A stretch of DNA of 64,000 bases from Spirochaetia bacterium (GCA_965198005.1 CBDAOI010000002.1:448001-512000), one strand, 5' to 3'. Shown: positions 18,615 through 28,742, counted from the first letter of the stretch. Translations and numbers: made by a program. The notes: generated by a model from the letters alone, not told the origin.

Positions 18615-20861
18615 ATGGAACACATACTGATGGGCAGCCCTCGTTTCGACGGGATCACCCGCCTGTATTCGGCTGACCAGGTGGTCGAGCAGGGCGGGAC
18701 GATCGCGCGCGACTACACGGTCGCGCGCGTGATGGCCGAGGCATTCTATGCGCGCCTGCGCGAGCTGTTCGCCGCCGGGCAGAGCATTACGACCTTCGGG
18801 CCGTACTCTCCGGGACAGGCGGTGGCCATGAAGCGCGTCGGGATCGAGGGGATCTACCTCGGTGGCTGGGCAACCTCGGCCAAGGGCTCGGACACCGAAG
18901 ATCCCGGACCCGACCTTGCGAGCTACCCTCTCAGTCAAGTCCCCACCGAGGCCGCGGCGATCGTGCGTGCGCTGCTCGTCGCCGACCGGAATCAGCACTA
19001 TCTCCGCCGGCGGATGACCGATGCCGAGCGCCAAGCCTCGCCCGCGTACGACTTCCGGCCGTTCATCATTGCCGACGCCGATACCGGGCACGGGGGAGAC
19101 GCGCACGTCCGCAACCTCATACGGCGTTTTGTCGAAGCGGGCGTTCCCGGCTACCACATCGAGGATCAGCGGCCCGGGACGAAGAAATGCGGTCACCAGG
19201 GCGGCAAGGTTCTGGTTACCCAGGACGAGCAGATCACCCGGCTCAACGCGGCACGATTTCAACTCGACATCATGGGTGTGCCGGGGATCATCGTGGCGCG
19301 CACGGACGCCGAGGCGGCCAGTCTCATCGACGGCCGCGGCGACGAGCGGGATCAGCCATTTCTGCTGGGGACCACGGCGGTCGGCCTGCCCTCCTACAAG
19401 GTGGGGTACGTCGCCCTGTTGAAGCACCTGCACGACGCGGGGGTCTACGAGGTGAGAGGTCATCTGTTGTTTGCCATTACCGATGACGACTACGCCGCGG
19501 CCCGAGCCTGGTCCGAACGGGTGGGACTGCTGGCGTGGCTCAGCGAGACGCTCGAACAGCACGAGCGTACGCCGGGCGCCGACGTGGACCGCCTGGTCGA
19601 TACGGTTACGAACCGGTTCGTCGACCTCTGGGTCAACGAGGCGAACCTCGGCACCTACGCCGACGCCGTGGCGCAGGCCATCGAGCTGCGCGCCAGCGAG
19701 GGCGACGAGGTCGAGATGAGCGCCGCCGACTGGCTCGCGCTCGCCGGCCAACTGCCGCTGGCCCAGGCGCGCAAGAAGGCCGAGGAGGTCGGGGTCGACG
19801 TCGACTGGGATTGCGAGCTCGCCATGACGCCGGAAGGCTACTATCAAGTGCAGGGCGGCTTGCAGTACGGGATCGCGAGGTCGCTGGCGGTTGCTCCGTT
19901 CGCGGATATTCTCTGGATGGAAACGAAGACCGCGAATCTGGAGGAAGCGCGCGCGTTCGCGGAGGCGATCCACGCCAGGTTCCCCGACAAGATGCTGGCG
20001 TACAACCTGTCGCCATCGTTCAACTGGGACACCACCGGCATGTCGGATGAGGAGATGCGCGCGTTCCCCGAAGAACTGGGCAAGCTCGGCTACGTGTTCA
20101 ACTTCATCACCTACGGCGGCCACCAGATCGATGGAGTGGCAGGTGAAGAGTTCGCCACCGCCATCAAGCAGGACGGCATGCTCGCGCTGGCGCGGTTGCA
20201 GCGCAAGATCCGGCTGGTCGAGTCACCCTACCGCACGCCGCAGACGCTGGTGGGCGGCCCCCGCCTGGATGCTGCTCTGTCAGCCTCGTCGGGGCGCACT
20301 GCGACCACCAACGCGATGGGCACGGCCTCCACCCAGCACCAACATCTGGTGCAGACGGAGATTCCCACCAAGCTGCTCGAAGAGTGGCTGGCGATGTGGT
20401 CGGAGCACTACCGCCTGCGCGGAGCGCTGCGGGTGCATCTGCGGCCGCAGCGCGCCGGGTCGGAGCTGCTCGATCTGCGCATCCTCGGCGCGGCCGGCGA
20501 CACGGTGGCCAACGTCATCTTCTCTCCCATCCGCGACCGGGTGGGGCATCGGATTCTGGTCGTGCGCGATCAGAACACGTTCGACGAGTCGCTGCGAAAG
20601 AAACGGCTGATGACCTTGATCCATCTGTACCTCGTGCACCGCTACAAGGTGGACTTGGTCCACTACGTCAGTCCCACGGACGACAACAGCTATCAGGCCA
20701 ACAAGATGAAGGAGCACGGGCTGTTCAAGACCGTCAATCAGGAGGTTGGCCAGATCATCGTGACGGAGATCGACGCGAAGCGGGTAACCGAGCTGCTGGA
20801 GCCGGAGCGCGCGGCACTGGGGCGATTGATCGCAAAGCAACCGCAGCTCGCGCCGGTGTGA
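18615..20861 (+). CDS. aceA: isocitrate lyase, long Icl2 type
   Basis: [20 protein letters not shown], catalytic [19 protein letters not shown]; ~750 aa with C-terminal extension; start uncertain. Confidence 0.92.
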   Translation: MEHILMGSPRFDGITRLYSADQVVEQGGTIARDYTVARVMAEAFYARLRELFAAGQSITTFGPYSPGQAVAMKRVGIEGIYLGGWATSAKGSDTEDPGPDLASYPLSQVPTEAAAIVRALLVADRNQHYLRRRMTDAERQASPAYDFRPFIIADADTGHGGDAHVRNLIRRFVEAGVPGYHIEDQRPGTKKCGHQGGKVLVTQDEQITRLNAARFQLDIMGVPGIIVARTDAEAASLIDGRGDERDQPFLLGTTAVGLPSYKVGYVALLKHLHDAGVYEVRGHLLFAITDDDYAAARAWSERVGLLAWLSETLEQHERTPGADVDRLVDTVTNRFVDLWVNEANLGTYADAVAQAIELRASEGDEVEMSAADWLALAGQLPLAQARKKAEEVGVDVDWDCELAMTPEGYYQVQGGLQYGIARSLAVAPFADILWMETKTANLEEARAFAEAIHARFPDKMLAYNLSPSFNWDTTGMSDEEMRAFPEELGKLGYVFNFITYGGHQIDGVAGEEFATAIKQDGMLALARLQRKIRLVESPYRTPQTLVGGPRLDAALSASSGRTATTNAMGTASTQHQHLVQTEIPTKLLEEWLAMWSEHYRLRGALRVHLRPQRAGSELLDLRILGAAGDTVANVIFSPIRDRVGHRILVVRDQNTFDESLRKKRLMTLIHLYLVHRYKVDLVHYVSPTDDNSYQANKMKEHGLFKTVNQEVGQIIVTEIDAKRVTELLEPERAALGRLIAKQPQLAPV

Positions 20862-20897
20862 CCTGAAATCGCCGCGGAGCCGTGGCGCGCAGCCTCT

Positions 20898-21803
20898 CTA
20901 CCCGAACGCCGCGAGCACCTCTTCGTCGAGGCGTTGCAGGGCAGCCACGTCGGGTTGTGGCTGGAATATGATCTCCGCGATCCCGACCTGCTCCAGCGCC
21001 CCGACGCGATCTACAACGAGGCTCGCGGGTGCCTTCGTCAACCCAGGACCGAGTGTGGCAGGGCTTTCCGAGGACCCTGCGTCGGTCAGGGTCAGAGGCA
21101 TGTGAAGCGTGCTTCTGATCTCTGCCGGATCGCGACCGATGTCGTCGCAGTGGCGCGCGAGGACGTTCAGCTTGTGCCGGACCGTCTCCGGCGACATCTC
21201 CGCCTCCCAACCGTTGAAGTTGAAGACGTCGCCATACATCGCCAGAGTCCGCAGCGTGCGGCGCTCGCCGTTGCCGCCGATCATGATCGGAAGGTGCGGC
21301 TGCCGATAGCTGGTCGGCGCAAGCGGTGCCTGATCGAGCCGATAGTATTCACCCCGGTGGTCGACCGGCCGGTCGGCGGTGAACAGCGTGCGGATGAGGC
21401 CGGCCGCTTCCTCGAGCCGGTCCGACCGTTCCTTCACCGGCGGGAACTCCCATCCGTAGGCCTCGTGCTCGCGTTTGAACCAGGCGGCACCGAGCCCCAG
21501 GATGAAGCGGCCCTTGGACGCCTGATCCAGGCTGGTTGCGATCTTCGCCACCAGCCCCGGGTTGCGGTAGGTGTTGCCCATCACCAGCGTTCCGAGCTCG
21601 AGCCGCTCGGTCATCCCGGCCGCAACCGAAAGCACGGTGAAGCTTTCGAAAGCATTCATGTGCTCCTGCGTCCGCCCGAACGGCGAGAGGAAATGGTCAG
21701 CGGCCCACAGGCTGTTCCAGCGGCCAGCTTCGATCGACCGGATGGATGCGCGGATGTCGTCCCACGGTGGGCCAAAGGTGTTTAGCTGAACTCCGAACTT
21801 CAT
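20898..21803 (-). CDS. LLM-class (probable F420-dependent) oxidoreductase
   Basis: DHF, GNTYRNP, LD..S.GR..LGLGAAW...EH.AYG, IMIGGNGERRTL. Confidence 0.88.
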   Translation of the reverse strand: MKFGVQLNTFGPPWDDIRASIRSIEAGRWNSLWAADHFLSPFGRTQEHMNAFESFTVLSVAAGMTERLELGTLVMGNTYRNPGLVAKIATSLDQASKGRFILGLGAAWFKREHEAYGWEFPPVKERSDRLEEAAGLIRTLFTADRPVDHRGEYYRLDQAPLAPTSYRQPHLPIMIGGNGERRTLRTLAMYGDVFNFNGWEAEMSPETVRHKLNVLARHCDDIGRDPAEIRSTLHMPLTLTDAGSSESPATLGPGLTKAPASLVVDRVGALEQVGIAEIIFQPQPDVAALQRLDEEVLAAFG

Positions 21804-21849
21804 GCTACGGTAGCCCACCGCACGTGCGCCGCGCTGTCAAGCCATCCCG

Positions 21850-22135
21850 GGAACGAAGGCTCGCCGAGTTGGGATCGCGGCGCATCGAGTTGGCCGACGG
21901 ATCGTGGTACTGGGACCTCAAGCCCAACCTGCGCCCTGGAGAGATGATCGAGCTTTGATCGTGCGGGCTTGGCGGTGAGCAACGGCGAGCGCGGGCGCAA
22001 ACTGCTGGCGGCGGCACGTGAGCACCTCGCGGAGATGGAGGGCGCGCTGAGCCGCAGCTCGTGGAACATCGCCGTGCGCCGCGCGCAGGAAGTCGTGGAG
22101 CTGGCACTGAAGGCGGTGCTCACCTACCTGTGCAG
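21850..22135 (+). pseudogene. MNT-HEPN toxin-antitoxin remnant
   Basis: nucleotidyltransferase tail LGSRRI...WYWDLKP..RPGEMIEL followed by HEPN start ...VRRAQEVVELALKA. Confidence 0.7.
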
Positions 22136-22287
22136 CGGCTCACCTGCCGCGACAGCTCGGTCTCGGCGGGAAGGTCGCCCATCTCCCGGCAGCGTACCCC
22201 ACTCGGTATCGTGATACGCCTGCATCAATGCATCACCCGCGCACGTGGCGCAACGGCTGCGCTCCTTCACCGGCCCGTTCCTCGGCG

Positions 22288-23601
22288 TCAGGCGGCGCGG
22301 CGGCGACCACTCCGGCGGCGATAACGGCGCGGGGGGCGATCTCCCGCAGATGCGGCTCCCGGTGCGCGCTGCGCTTCCCGCATCCCCTGCAGCCCACGCC
22401 GCTTGACGGTGCCGGCACTCGCCACGCCGGATGGGCCGGCACTCGCCACGCCGGATGTGCCGGCGTGAAATGGCTGGTCCGGAACGACTTCGAGTGGGAG
22501 CCCGATCAGCCGCTCGATGTTGCGCAGGTCGGTCAGCTCGGCGCGGTCACAGAGCGACAGCGCCACCCCCGCCGCACCGGCGCGCGCCGTCCGTCCAATG
22601 CGGTGGACGTAACTCTCCGGCTCATTGGGTATCTCGTAATTCACCACGTGCGTGACGCCATCGACGTCGATCCCGCGTGCGGCGATATCCGTCGCTACGA
22701 GCACGCGCGAGCTGCCCGATTTGAAGCGATCCAACGCCCGCTGCCGTGCGCCCTGCGACTTGTTGCCGTGAATGGCATCGGCGTCGATGTTGGCTCGCTC
22801 GAGATACTCGGCGACACGATTGGCACGATGCTTGGTGCGGGTGAACACCAGCACCCGTGACAGCGCCGGTTGCTCGAGCAGGGTAACCAGTAGATCCCGC
22901 TTGTGCTCGGTCTGCACCAGGTAAACCTGTTGCCGCACCTGGTCTACCGTCGTAGCGGAAGGCGTAACTTCCACGCGCACGGGTTGGGTCAGAATCTGTT
23001 CGGCCAGCCGGACTACTTCGGGCGGCATCGTGGCGGAAAAAAACAGCGAGTGGCGGCGCCTCGGCAGGCTGCGAAGGACCTTCTTGACGTCGTGGATAAA
23101 GCCCATGTCGAGCATGCGGTCAGCCTCGTCCAAGACGAAGTGGGCGACGCGCTCGAGGCTGACGTAGCCTTGGTCGATCAAATCGAGCAGGCGCCCGGGA
23201 GTCGCCACCAGGATATCCAGACGACCAGACACCGCCGTTACCTGGCGTCCTTGGGTAACGCCACCGATGATCACCGCCTGTCGGAGCCGCAGTCGGCTGC
23301 CGTAGTCGCGAAAGTCGTCGTGGATCTGGATTGCCAACTCCCGCGTCGGCGCCAACACCAGTGCGTGCGGCTCATGGGCTCGGGCACGATCGGGGCGACT
23401 CGAGAGCTGCTGCAGGATCGGCAATGCGAACGCGGCAGTCTTTCCGGTGCCCGTCTGGGCGACACCGAGCAGGTCCTTCCCTGCCAGCACGTGTGGAATG
23501 GCTTGCCTTTGAATGGGGGTCGGATGAGCGTACCCCCGGGTCTCGAGGGAGCGTAGAATGGGGTCGATGAGACCCAGGGATGCGAACGAAGTAGTGGACA
23601 A
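22288..23601 (-). CDS. rhlE: DEAD-box RNA helicase, RhlE-like
   Basis: Q motif, AQTGTGKT, PTRELA, DEAD, SAT, ARGID, HRIGRTARAG. Confidence 0.93.
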   Translation of the reverse strand: MSTTSFASLGLIDPILRSLETRGYAHPTPIQRQAIPHVLAGKDLLGVAQTGTGKTAAFALPILQQLSSRPDRARAHEPHALVLAPTRELAIQIHDDFRDYGSRLRLRQAVIIGGVTQGRQVTAVSGRLDILVATPGRLLDLIDQGYVSLERVAHFVLDEADRMLDMGFIHDVKKVLRSLPRRRHSLFFSATMPPEVVRLAEQILTQPVRVEVTPSATTVDQVRQQVYLVQTEHKRDLLVTLLEQPALSRVLVFTRTKHRANRVAEYLERANIDADAIHGNKSQGARQRALDRFKSGSSRVLVATDIAARGIDVDGVTHVVNYEIPNEPESYVHRIGRTARAGAAGVALSLCDRAELTDLRNIERLIGLPLEVVPDQPFHAGTSGVASAGPSGVASAGTVKRRGLQGMREAQRAPGAASAGDRPPRRYRRRSGRRRAA

Positions 23602-23786
23602 TTGATTTCCTTATGCGGAGCGCAAAGAGGTCAGAATCGAAAAGAAGCGCTCGGAGTATCGCGCGTTCCGGAATGCGCTGCTGCAGTTAGTGCGCGCGAC
23701 GGGAGGCGTGACTCACCTAAACATCGTACATTCCGCACGGGTTGTCAAGCCATGCGCGGGGCCGTGGTCGCTCAACGTTGATCCCG

Positions 23787-24728
23787 CTACTCCCGGCCGG
23801 CGCCGTAGCGCCCGAGCCGGCCGCGCAGGCGGGGGTCCAAGAGATCGCGTACCGCGTCGCCGAACATGTTGAGGCTGTACACCACCACCGTCAGGCACAC
23901 CCCCGGCCACAACGCCAGATGAGGCGCGATCTCCATGTACTGCCGCCCCTCCCGGCTCAGCATGCCGCCCCAGCTCGGGATGTCCGGCGGCAGGCCGAAC
24001 CCCAGAAAACTCAGCGCCGCCTCCGACATGATCACCCCGCCGACGTTGATGCTGAAGATGATGATGATCGGCGCTGCGATGTTGGGCAGCACGTGACGCA
24101 GCAGCGAGCGCCGGCGCGAGCTGCCGATCGCCTGCGCCGCCTGGAAGTAGACGTTCTCCTTCACCCCGAGCACCGCGCCCCGCACCACCCGCGACGCCGG
24201 GATGCCGCCCGATACCCCCAGCACGACGATGATCTGCGCCATGCCGCGGCCGGCTATCGACATGATGGTGAGCAGCAGCAGCAGCCCCGGGAACGCCATC
24301 CAGGCGTCGACGAAGCGCTGCGTCACCAAGTCCAGCCGGCCGCCGATGAAGCCGGTGGTGCCGCCGATCAGCACCGCAACGGCGACGGTGAGCGCGGTGG
24401 CGGCCAGCCCCACCGTCAGCGACAGCCGCGCCCCGTGGATGAGGCGGCTCAAGAGGTCCCGCCCCACGTGGTCGGTGCCCAGCAGGTACGCGGCGGAGGA
24501 TGCCTGCAGGCGGTCGCGCAGGTGGATCTCCTCGTAGCGGTAGGGCGCCAGCGAATCGGCGAAGATGCTCACCAGCACCAGAATCAGGATGACGATGCCG
24601 CCAGCCGTCCCCAGCGGCTGCTCGCGCACCAGCCGCCCGAAGAACTTCCTCAGCCCGGCCTGCGTAGCCGCAACCGCGTCCGCGGCCGGCTCGGCTCCCG
24701 CCGGCGTCAACTGCGATACGTCACCCAT
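23787..24728 (-). CDS. ABC permease C
   Basis: full DppC motifs; near-identical to 33583-34530. Confidence 0.93.
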   Translation of the reverse strand: MGDVSQLTPAGAEPAADAVAATQAGLRKFFGRLVREQPLGTAGGIVILILVLVSIFADSLAPYRYEEIHLRDRLQASSAAYLLGTDHVGRDLLSRLIHGARLSLTVGLAATALTVAVAVLIGGTTGFIGGRLDLVTQRFVDAWMAFPGLLLLLTIMSIAGRGMAQIIVVLGVSGGIPASRVVRGAVLGVKENVYFQAAQAIGSSRRRSLLRHVLPNIAAPIIIIFSINVGGVIMSEAALSFLGFGLPPDIPSWGGMLSREGRQYMEIAPHLALWPGVCLTVVVYSLNMFGDAVRDLLDPRLRGRLGRYGAGRE

Positions 24729-24737
24729 GGGCTTCCC

Positions 24738-24774
24738 TCATTGCCTCATTGCCTCATTGCCTCATTGCCTCATT
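24738..24774. repeat. (TCATTGCC)4 tandem repeat between permease B stop and permease C start
   Basis: direct count; 3 copies at 40586-40609, degenerate ~2 copies at 34540-34560. Confidence 0.85.
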
Positions 24775-25726
24775 CGTAGCGAATCCGCGGGTCCAGCGAC
24801 GCGTACAGCAGATCGGTCAGCAGGTTGACCACCACCACCACCGTGGCGAAGAACAGGTTTATCGCCGACACCACCGGGTAGTCGCGCTCGTTGAGCGCGT
24901 CCAGCATCAGCCGCCCCAGCCCCGGCAGGTTGAAGATGTTCTCGATGATCACCGAGCCGCCCACCAGGATCGGGAGCTGCATGCCCACCAGCGTCACCAC
25001 CGGGATGATCGCGTTCTTGAGCGCGTGGCGCAGGATCACCGACCGCTCCAGCAGACCCTTGGCCCAGGCGGTCCTGATGTAGTCCTGCCGCAGCACCTCC
25101 AGCATCATGGTGCGCGTCATGCGCATGGTGCTGGCCGCCAGGTAGGTTCCCAGGATCAGGCTGGGGATCAGGAACATGCCGAGGTTCCCCAGTGGGTCTT
25201 CGGAGAACGGTGAAAACTCCATCGGCGGCGACCAGGCCCACCAGATGGCCGGATAGATCATCACCATCGTTCCCAGCCAGAAGTTGGGCGTGGCCAGCCC
25301 CATGATGGCCACCGACCGTCCCAGGTAGTCGGCGGCAGTGTACTGGCGGATCGCCGAGTAGATGCCCACCGGCAGGGCGATGACCAGGCCGATGAGGATG
25401 GCCAGCAGCCCGAGCTCGGCGGTGACCGGCAGTCGTCCCAGCATGCGCTCCTCGATCCGCCAGCCGCCCAGCAGCGACTCGCCGAGGGTGCCGCGCAGGA
25501 GAATGCCACCGATCCAGCGGCCGTACTGCACGTGGATCGGCAGGTCCAGGCCAAGCCGCTGTTCGATGGTCGCGCGGTCGATCTGGCCGCCCACGAATGC
25601 CGTGCGACCGGCCATGATGTCGATGACGTCGCCGGGGATGAAGCGGACGGACAGGAACACCAGCACGCTCAGGATGAACAGGGTGGGGACGACCAGCAGC
25701 AGCCGGCGGATGATGTACGCTCTCAT
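24770..25726 (-). CDS. ABC permease B
   Basis: full DppB motifs. Confidence 0.93.
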   Translation of the reverse strand: MRAYIIRRLLLVVPTLFILSVLVFLSVRFIPGDVIDIMAGRTAFVGGQIDRATIEQRLGLDLPIHVQYGRWIGGILLRGTLGESLLGGWRIEERMLGRLPVTAELGLLAILIGLVIALPVGIYSAIRQYTAADYLGRSVAIMGLATPNFWLGTMVMIYPAIWWAWSPPMEFSPFSEDPLGNLGMFLIPSLILGTYLAASTMRMTRTMMLEVLRQDYIRTAWAKGLLERSVILRHALKNAIIPVVTLVGMQLPILVGGSVIIENIFNLPGLGRLMLDALNERDYPVVSAINLFFATVVVVVNLLTDLLYASLDPRIRYE

Positions 25727-25861
25727 ATCTTCGTGGAAACTGGCGCCGGAAGCCAGAGGCTCCCGGCGCTAAAAACGCTCGCGGGACCCCGCCGCTAGGC
25801 GTGGCCCCGGCTCGTGGAGTCGCGCAGCGACTCCCGTTTCAATCGCCCAAGGGTGATTGAT

Positions 25862-27691
25862 TCAGAACCCCATTTCTCGCTTCAGATCCTGGTCGATCCA
25901 GAGGCGGGCGAGGATGGGATGATAGGTCAGGTCTCCTAGCGAGTATTCGCCATTATAGCCCTTGACCCACGGATTGTTCGCCTGAAACTGTGGCGCCAGA
26001 GGACCCCAAATCTGCATGTGTTGCTCGAGCACGAACATATTATACGCTTTCGCTGCCTCGAACTGCTCCTCCACGGTCGTAGCACCATAAAAAGCATCGG
26101 AGGCGGCGTCCAACACGGAGGTGTCGATTGCACATGGGTCGCTGCAGGCCAAGTATTCGCGGGGAAACGCATTGCTATCGCGATGAGTCTGCATGGCCCA
26201 GACAGCGTTCGGGTGGCCCATGTCGCCAGTGGCCATTTCATACGCGGTATCTGCCTTGGCAGCCACCCAAGTCCCCGTGTCGGCAATACGGGTCGTTACA
26301 TCAACGCCAATATCAGCCCAGTACCCGGCGGCGACTTCCGTATAGCCCAAGTCGATGACGTCTCGGTGCAAGTACTCTGCCGTAAATCGAATTCCGTCCG
26401 CGCCGCGCGGATAGCCTGCCTCATCCAGGAGCTTCTCGGCACCCTCCGGGTCATACCTGTAGTATTGCTTGAGCTCTTCTGGCCACTCTTCAAATGGGAT
26501 GTAATACCCCTTGGCGCTAATCCACGCAGGGTTTTCCCAGTCTGAAAAACCGGCAAAGTAGGTATCGTCAATCGTCTCCAGGTCCAGTGCCATTTGCAGT
26601 GCGTGGCGCACCCTGACGTCGTCAAATGGCGCGTTGCGAATGTTCAGAGTAAAGACCTGAAATGCCCGCTGGTAGTAACTGTACACCTCGATTTCCGGGT
26701 TGGTCCTCTGCAGGCTCCTTATCACGTCCATGTTTCCTATGTCGGCGACGCCGGCGTGTTGTATTATATCAATCTTACCCGTACGCAGTGCCGAGATACG
26801 GGTTGCTTCCTCTGCCATAAGGGGGGCCCTTATCTCGTCAACATAAGGCAAGCGGTTCTCCGGGTATTTCTCGTCGTAGTCCCAGAAGTCAGGATTCTTG
26901 GTAAAGGTCTTAGAGACGCCTTCGACATAGTCAGTCAGCATGAGGGGCCCAGTGCCGACCACGTTCCTCCAATCCTCATAGTTGCCGAAATGCTCGATTA
27001 CGTCGCGGGGCAATATCCAACTCTGACTTTCACCGAGGATCGGCTGTAGCGCATCGAGGTATGGCTCAGTGAGCTTCATAACAACCGTATACTTGTCGGT
27101 GGCCTCTATCGATTCCCATGGCAGGTTGAACGTGGGGCCGGCCTGAACGGGAGGTTCGGTGAAGTCCCCCTGAGCAGTTTGGCGCTGATAGCTATAGACG
27201 ACATCATCCGCGGTTAGCTCCCTACCGTTTACCAGGCGACTGGCCTCACTGTCCGGATCCAGAGCGTAGTGAACGCCCTGACGGATGTGAAAAACGTAGG
27301 TCACCGGATCGGGCGTCTCCCAACTTTCCGCCAAATTCCCGGTCAGGACGTGTGTAGGAACGAAATTGTCTGTCCAGTCAAATACTTCCCTGTCTATTGC
27401 CCAGTCACCGATGGCGAGCTTCTCATTGACACCGTCTATGAGCCACCCCGCTTCGAAGCCAACCGCAAGGGGGTCTACATTGTCGCTTACTCTTCCACCC
27501 CAGCCGTAGGTCAATGTCCCGCCATACTCCGGCGCGGTCACCACCTTGCCGGTGGTGGGGTCCATCACCATTTCCTTCTCCATGGCGGCGGCGGGCTCCT
27601 CTTCCCCGGCCGGGCTTGCCCACAGGCCGGTCGCGGCCAGACCGAAACCGATCAGTACCGCCAGGATCTTTCGCAAGATTGCGTATTGCAT
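25862..27691 (-). CDS. ABC substrate-binding protein, family 5 (SBP3)
   Basis: AGGAGG then MQYAILRK; same motifs as SBP2. Confidence 0.92.
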   Translation of the reverse strand: MQYAILRKILAVLIGFGLAATGLWASPAGEEEPAAAMEKEMVMDPTTGKVVTAPEYGGTLTYGWGGRVSDNVDPLAVGFEAGWLIDGVNEKLAIGDWAIDREVFDWTDNFVPTHVLTGNLAESWETPDPVTYVFHIRQGVHYALDPDSEASRLVNGRELTADDVVYSYQRQTAQGDFTEPPVQAGPTFNLPWESIEATDKYTVVMKLTEPYLDALQPILGESQSWILPRDVIEHFGNYEDWRNVVGTGPLMLTDYVEGVSKTFTKNPDFWDYDEKYPENRLPYVDEIRAPLMAEEATRISALRTGKIDIIQHAGVADIGNMDVIRSLQRTNPEIEVYSYYQRAFQVFTLNIRNAPFDDVRVRHALQMALDLETIDDTYFAGFSDWENPAWISAKGYYIPFEEWPEELKQYYRYDPEGAEKLLDEAGYPRGADGIRFTAEYLHRDVIDLGYTEVAAGYWADIGVDVTTRIADTGTWVAAKADTAYEMATGDMGHPNAVWAMQTHRDSNAFPREYLACSDPCAIDTSVLDAASDAFYGATTVEEQFEAAKAYNMFVLEQHMQIWGPLAPQFQANNPWVKGYNGEYSLGDLTYHPILARLWIDQDLKREMGF

Positions 27692-28064
27692 CTTTGCCTC
27701 CTGATACTCGTGATATTCGAGAGTGCTGATGCCACTGCCCATCCCTCGCCCACTCTCGCGGTACACCTGCAATCGCAGGTGCCCGGAAAGCGAGGGGGAC
27801 AGCCCACGTTCCGAATCAGTTCTCCATCCGGCACCTCCTTGAACGCGTGCGCGCACCTGATCCGGGAGCGCCGCGCTGGGCGGTGGTCGGCGACGCGGCG
27901 CAGGTGAGTGACCGGCAACGCCAGCGGCCCGCCAGGCAGGCGAACGGGGTAGCGGTAGTGCAGGCGCGCGCGGGGCGCGCGGAGCACTCAGCCCGAGCGC
28001 TTAGTGCTTCTCGTATAGTTGGGGGGACATAAGCGCTAACTTGTTGTGGGGGCCTACAGGGGCC

Positions 28065-28262
28065 ATGCATGACTTTACTGTGCGACCGTACCACGGACGT
28101 GCGACTCGGATCAACCAGCCGCGTCGAAGAAATCTGCCAACTCATGGCCCTACGGTGCGACCGTACCACGGACCCGCGACTCGCGTCAACCAGCCAGATC
28201 GAAGTAACCTGACAACTGGGACAGCCGGCGCCGTGGCGGCTCAGCCAGCGCCCGCGAGATAG
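28065..28262 (+). CDS. small ORF with two 25-aa repeats (75-bp direct repeat)
   Basis: TVRPYHGRATRINQP.. / TVRPYHGPATRVNQP..; several repeat differences are synonymous in this frame. Confidence 0.35.
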   Translation: MHDFTVRPYHGRATRINQPRRRNLPTHGPTVRPYHGPATRVNQPDRSNLTTGTAGAVAAQPAPAR

Positions 28263-28313
28263 CGCCCCAAAACCGCCGCCGGGGCGCCGCTTTTGGCCCA
28301 TCCCGTCCAACCG

Positions 28314-28346
28314 CTAGGAGTCTGTCGCAATCCGACAGACTCCTAG
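28314..28346. mobile_element. IS-end scar / mini-element
   Basis: CTAG-GAGTCTGTCG-caatc-CGACAGACTC-CTAG: perfect 14-bp inverted repeat at the break of an SBP gene. Confidence 0.55.
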
Positions 28347-28388
28347 GACCAACGCAATCGCGAAGGTCCTTGCAAAAAATATCCTCAT
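28347..28388 (-). pseudogene. 5' stub of a sixth SBP
   Basis: MRIFFARTFAIALVL; upstream 28389-28500 nearly identical to the SBP4 UTR (38722-38820). Confidence 0.75.
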
Positions 28389-28506
28389 CGTTTCTTCCTT
28401 GAATGTTATTTCGAGAGTATTGCGTAGCGGATTGCCGCTCCCTGGCTACTCTGACGCCCGCAACGCGGGCGCGCCCGCCAACGCGGGCGACCAGTCTGAG
28501 TCAAAT

Positions 28507-28734
28507 TCACTGAAAGCGCGCGGCGACCATCCTGTCAACGACTCGGACGTCATCGAACGTTATCGCCAACCGACCACTGCGCTGACTGTCATGATGGCGC
28601 TCCATCCGCATCTGATCAACCCGAATCACAGCAGTTCTCGGTGAACGGGTAGTGGTGGTGGTAGGATGCACCGGCTGCGTTACCGCTAACCGGTGGGAGC
28701 GCTGGGACGTGTCGTCACGCATCACGGTGCCCAT
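28507..28734 (-). CDS. SBP leader ORF with Thr5 run
   Basis: MGTVMRDDTSQRSHRLAVTQPVHPTTTTTR... Confidence 0.45.
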   Translation of the reverse strand: MGTVMRDDTSQRSHRLAVTQPVHPTTTTTRSPRTAVIRVDQMRMERHHDSQRSGRLAITFDDVRVVDRMVAARFQ

Positions 28735-28742
28735 GAGAACGC

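Noticed and set aside
18219-20123. Long antisense or alternative-frame ORFs (also 47393-49027, 49499-51685, 58402-59991)
   Set aside because: Shadows of real genes in high-GC DNA with no recognisable motifs
28076-28216. CRISPR array
   Set aside because: Two imperfect 75-bp tandem units with no spacers and no cas genes
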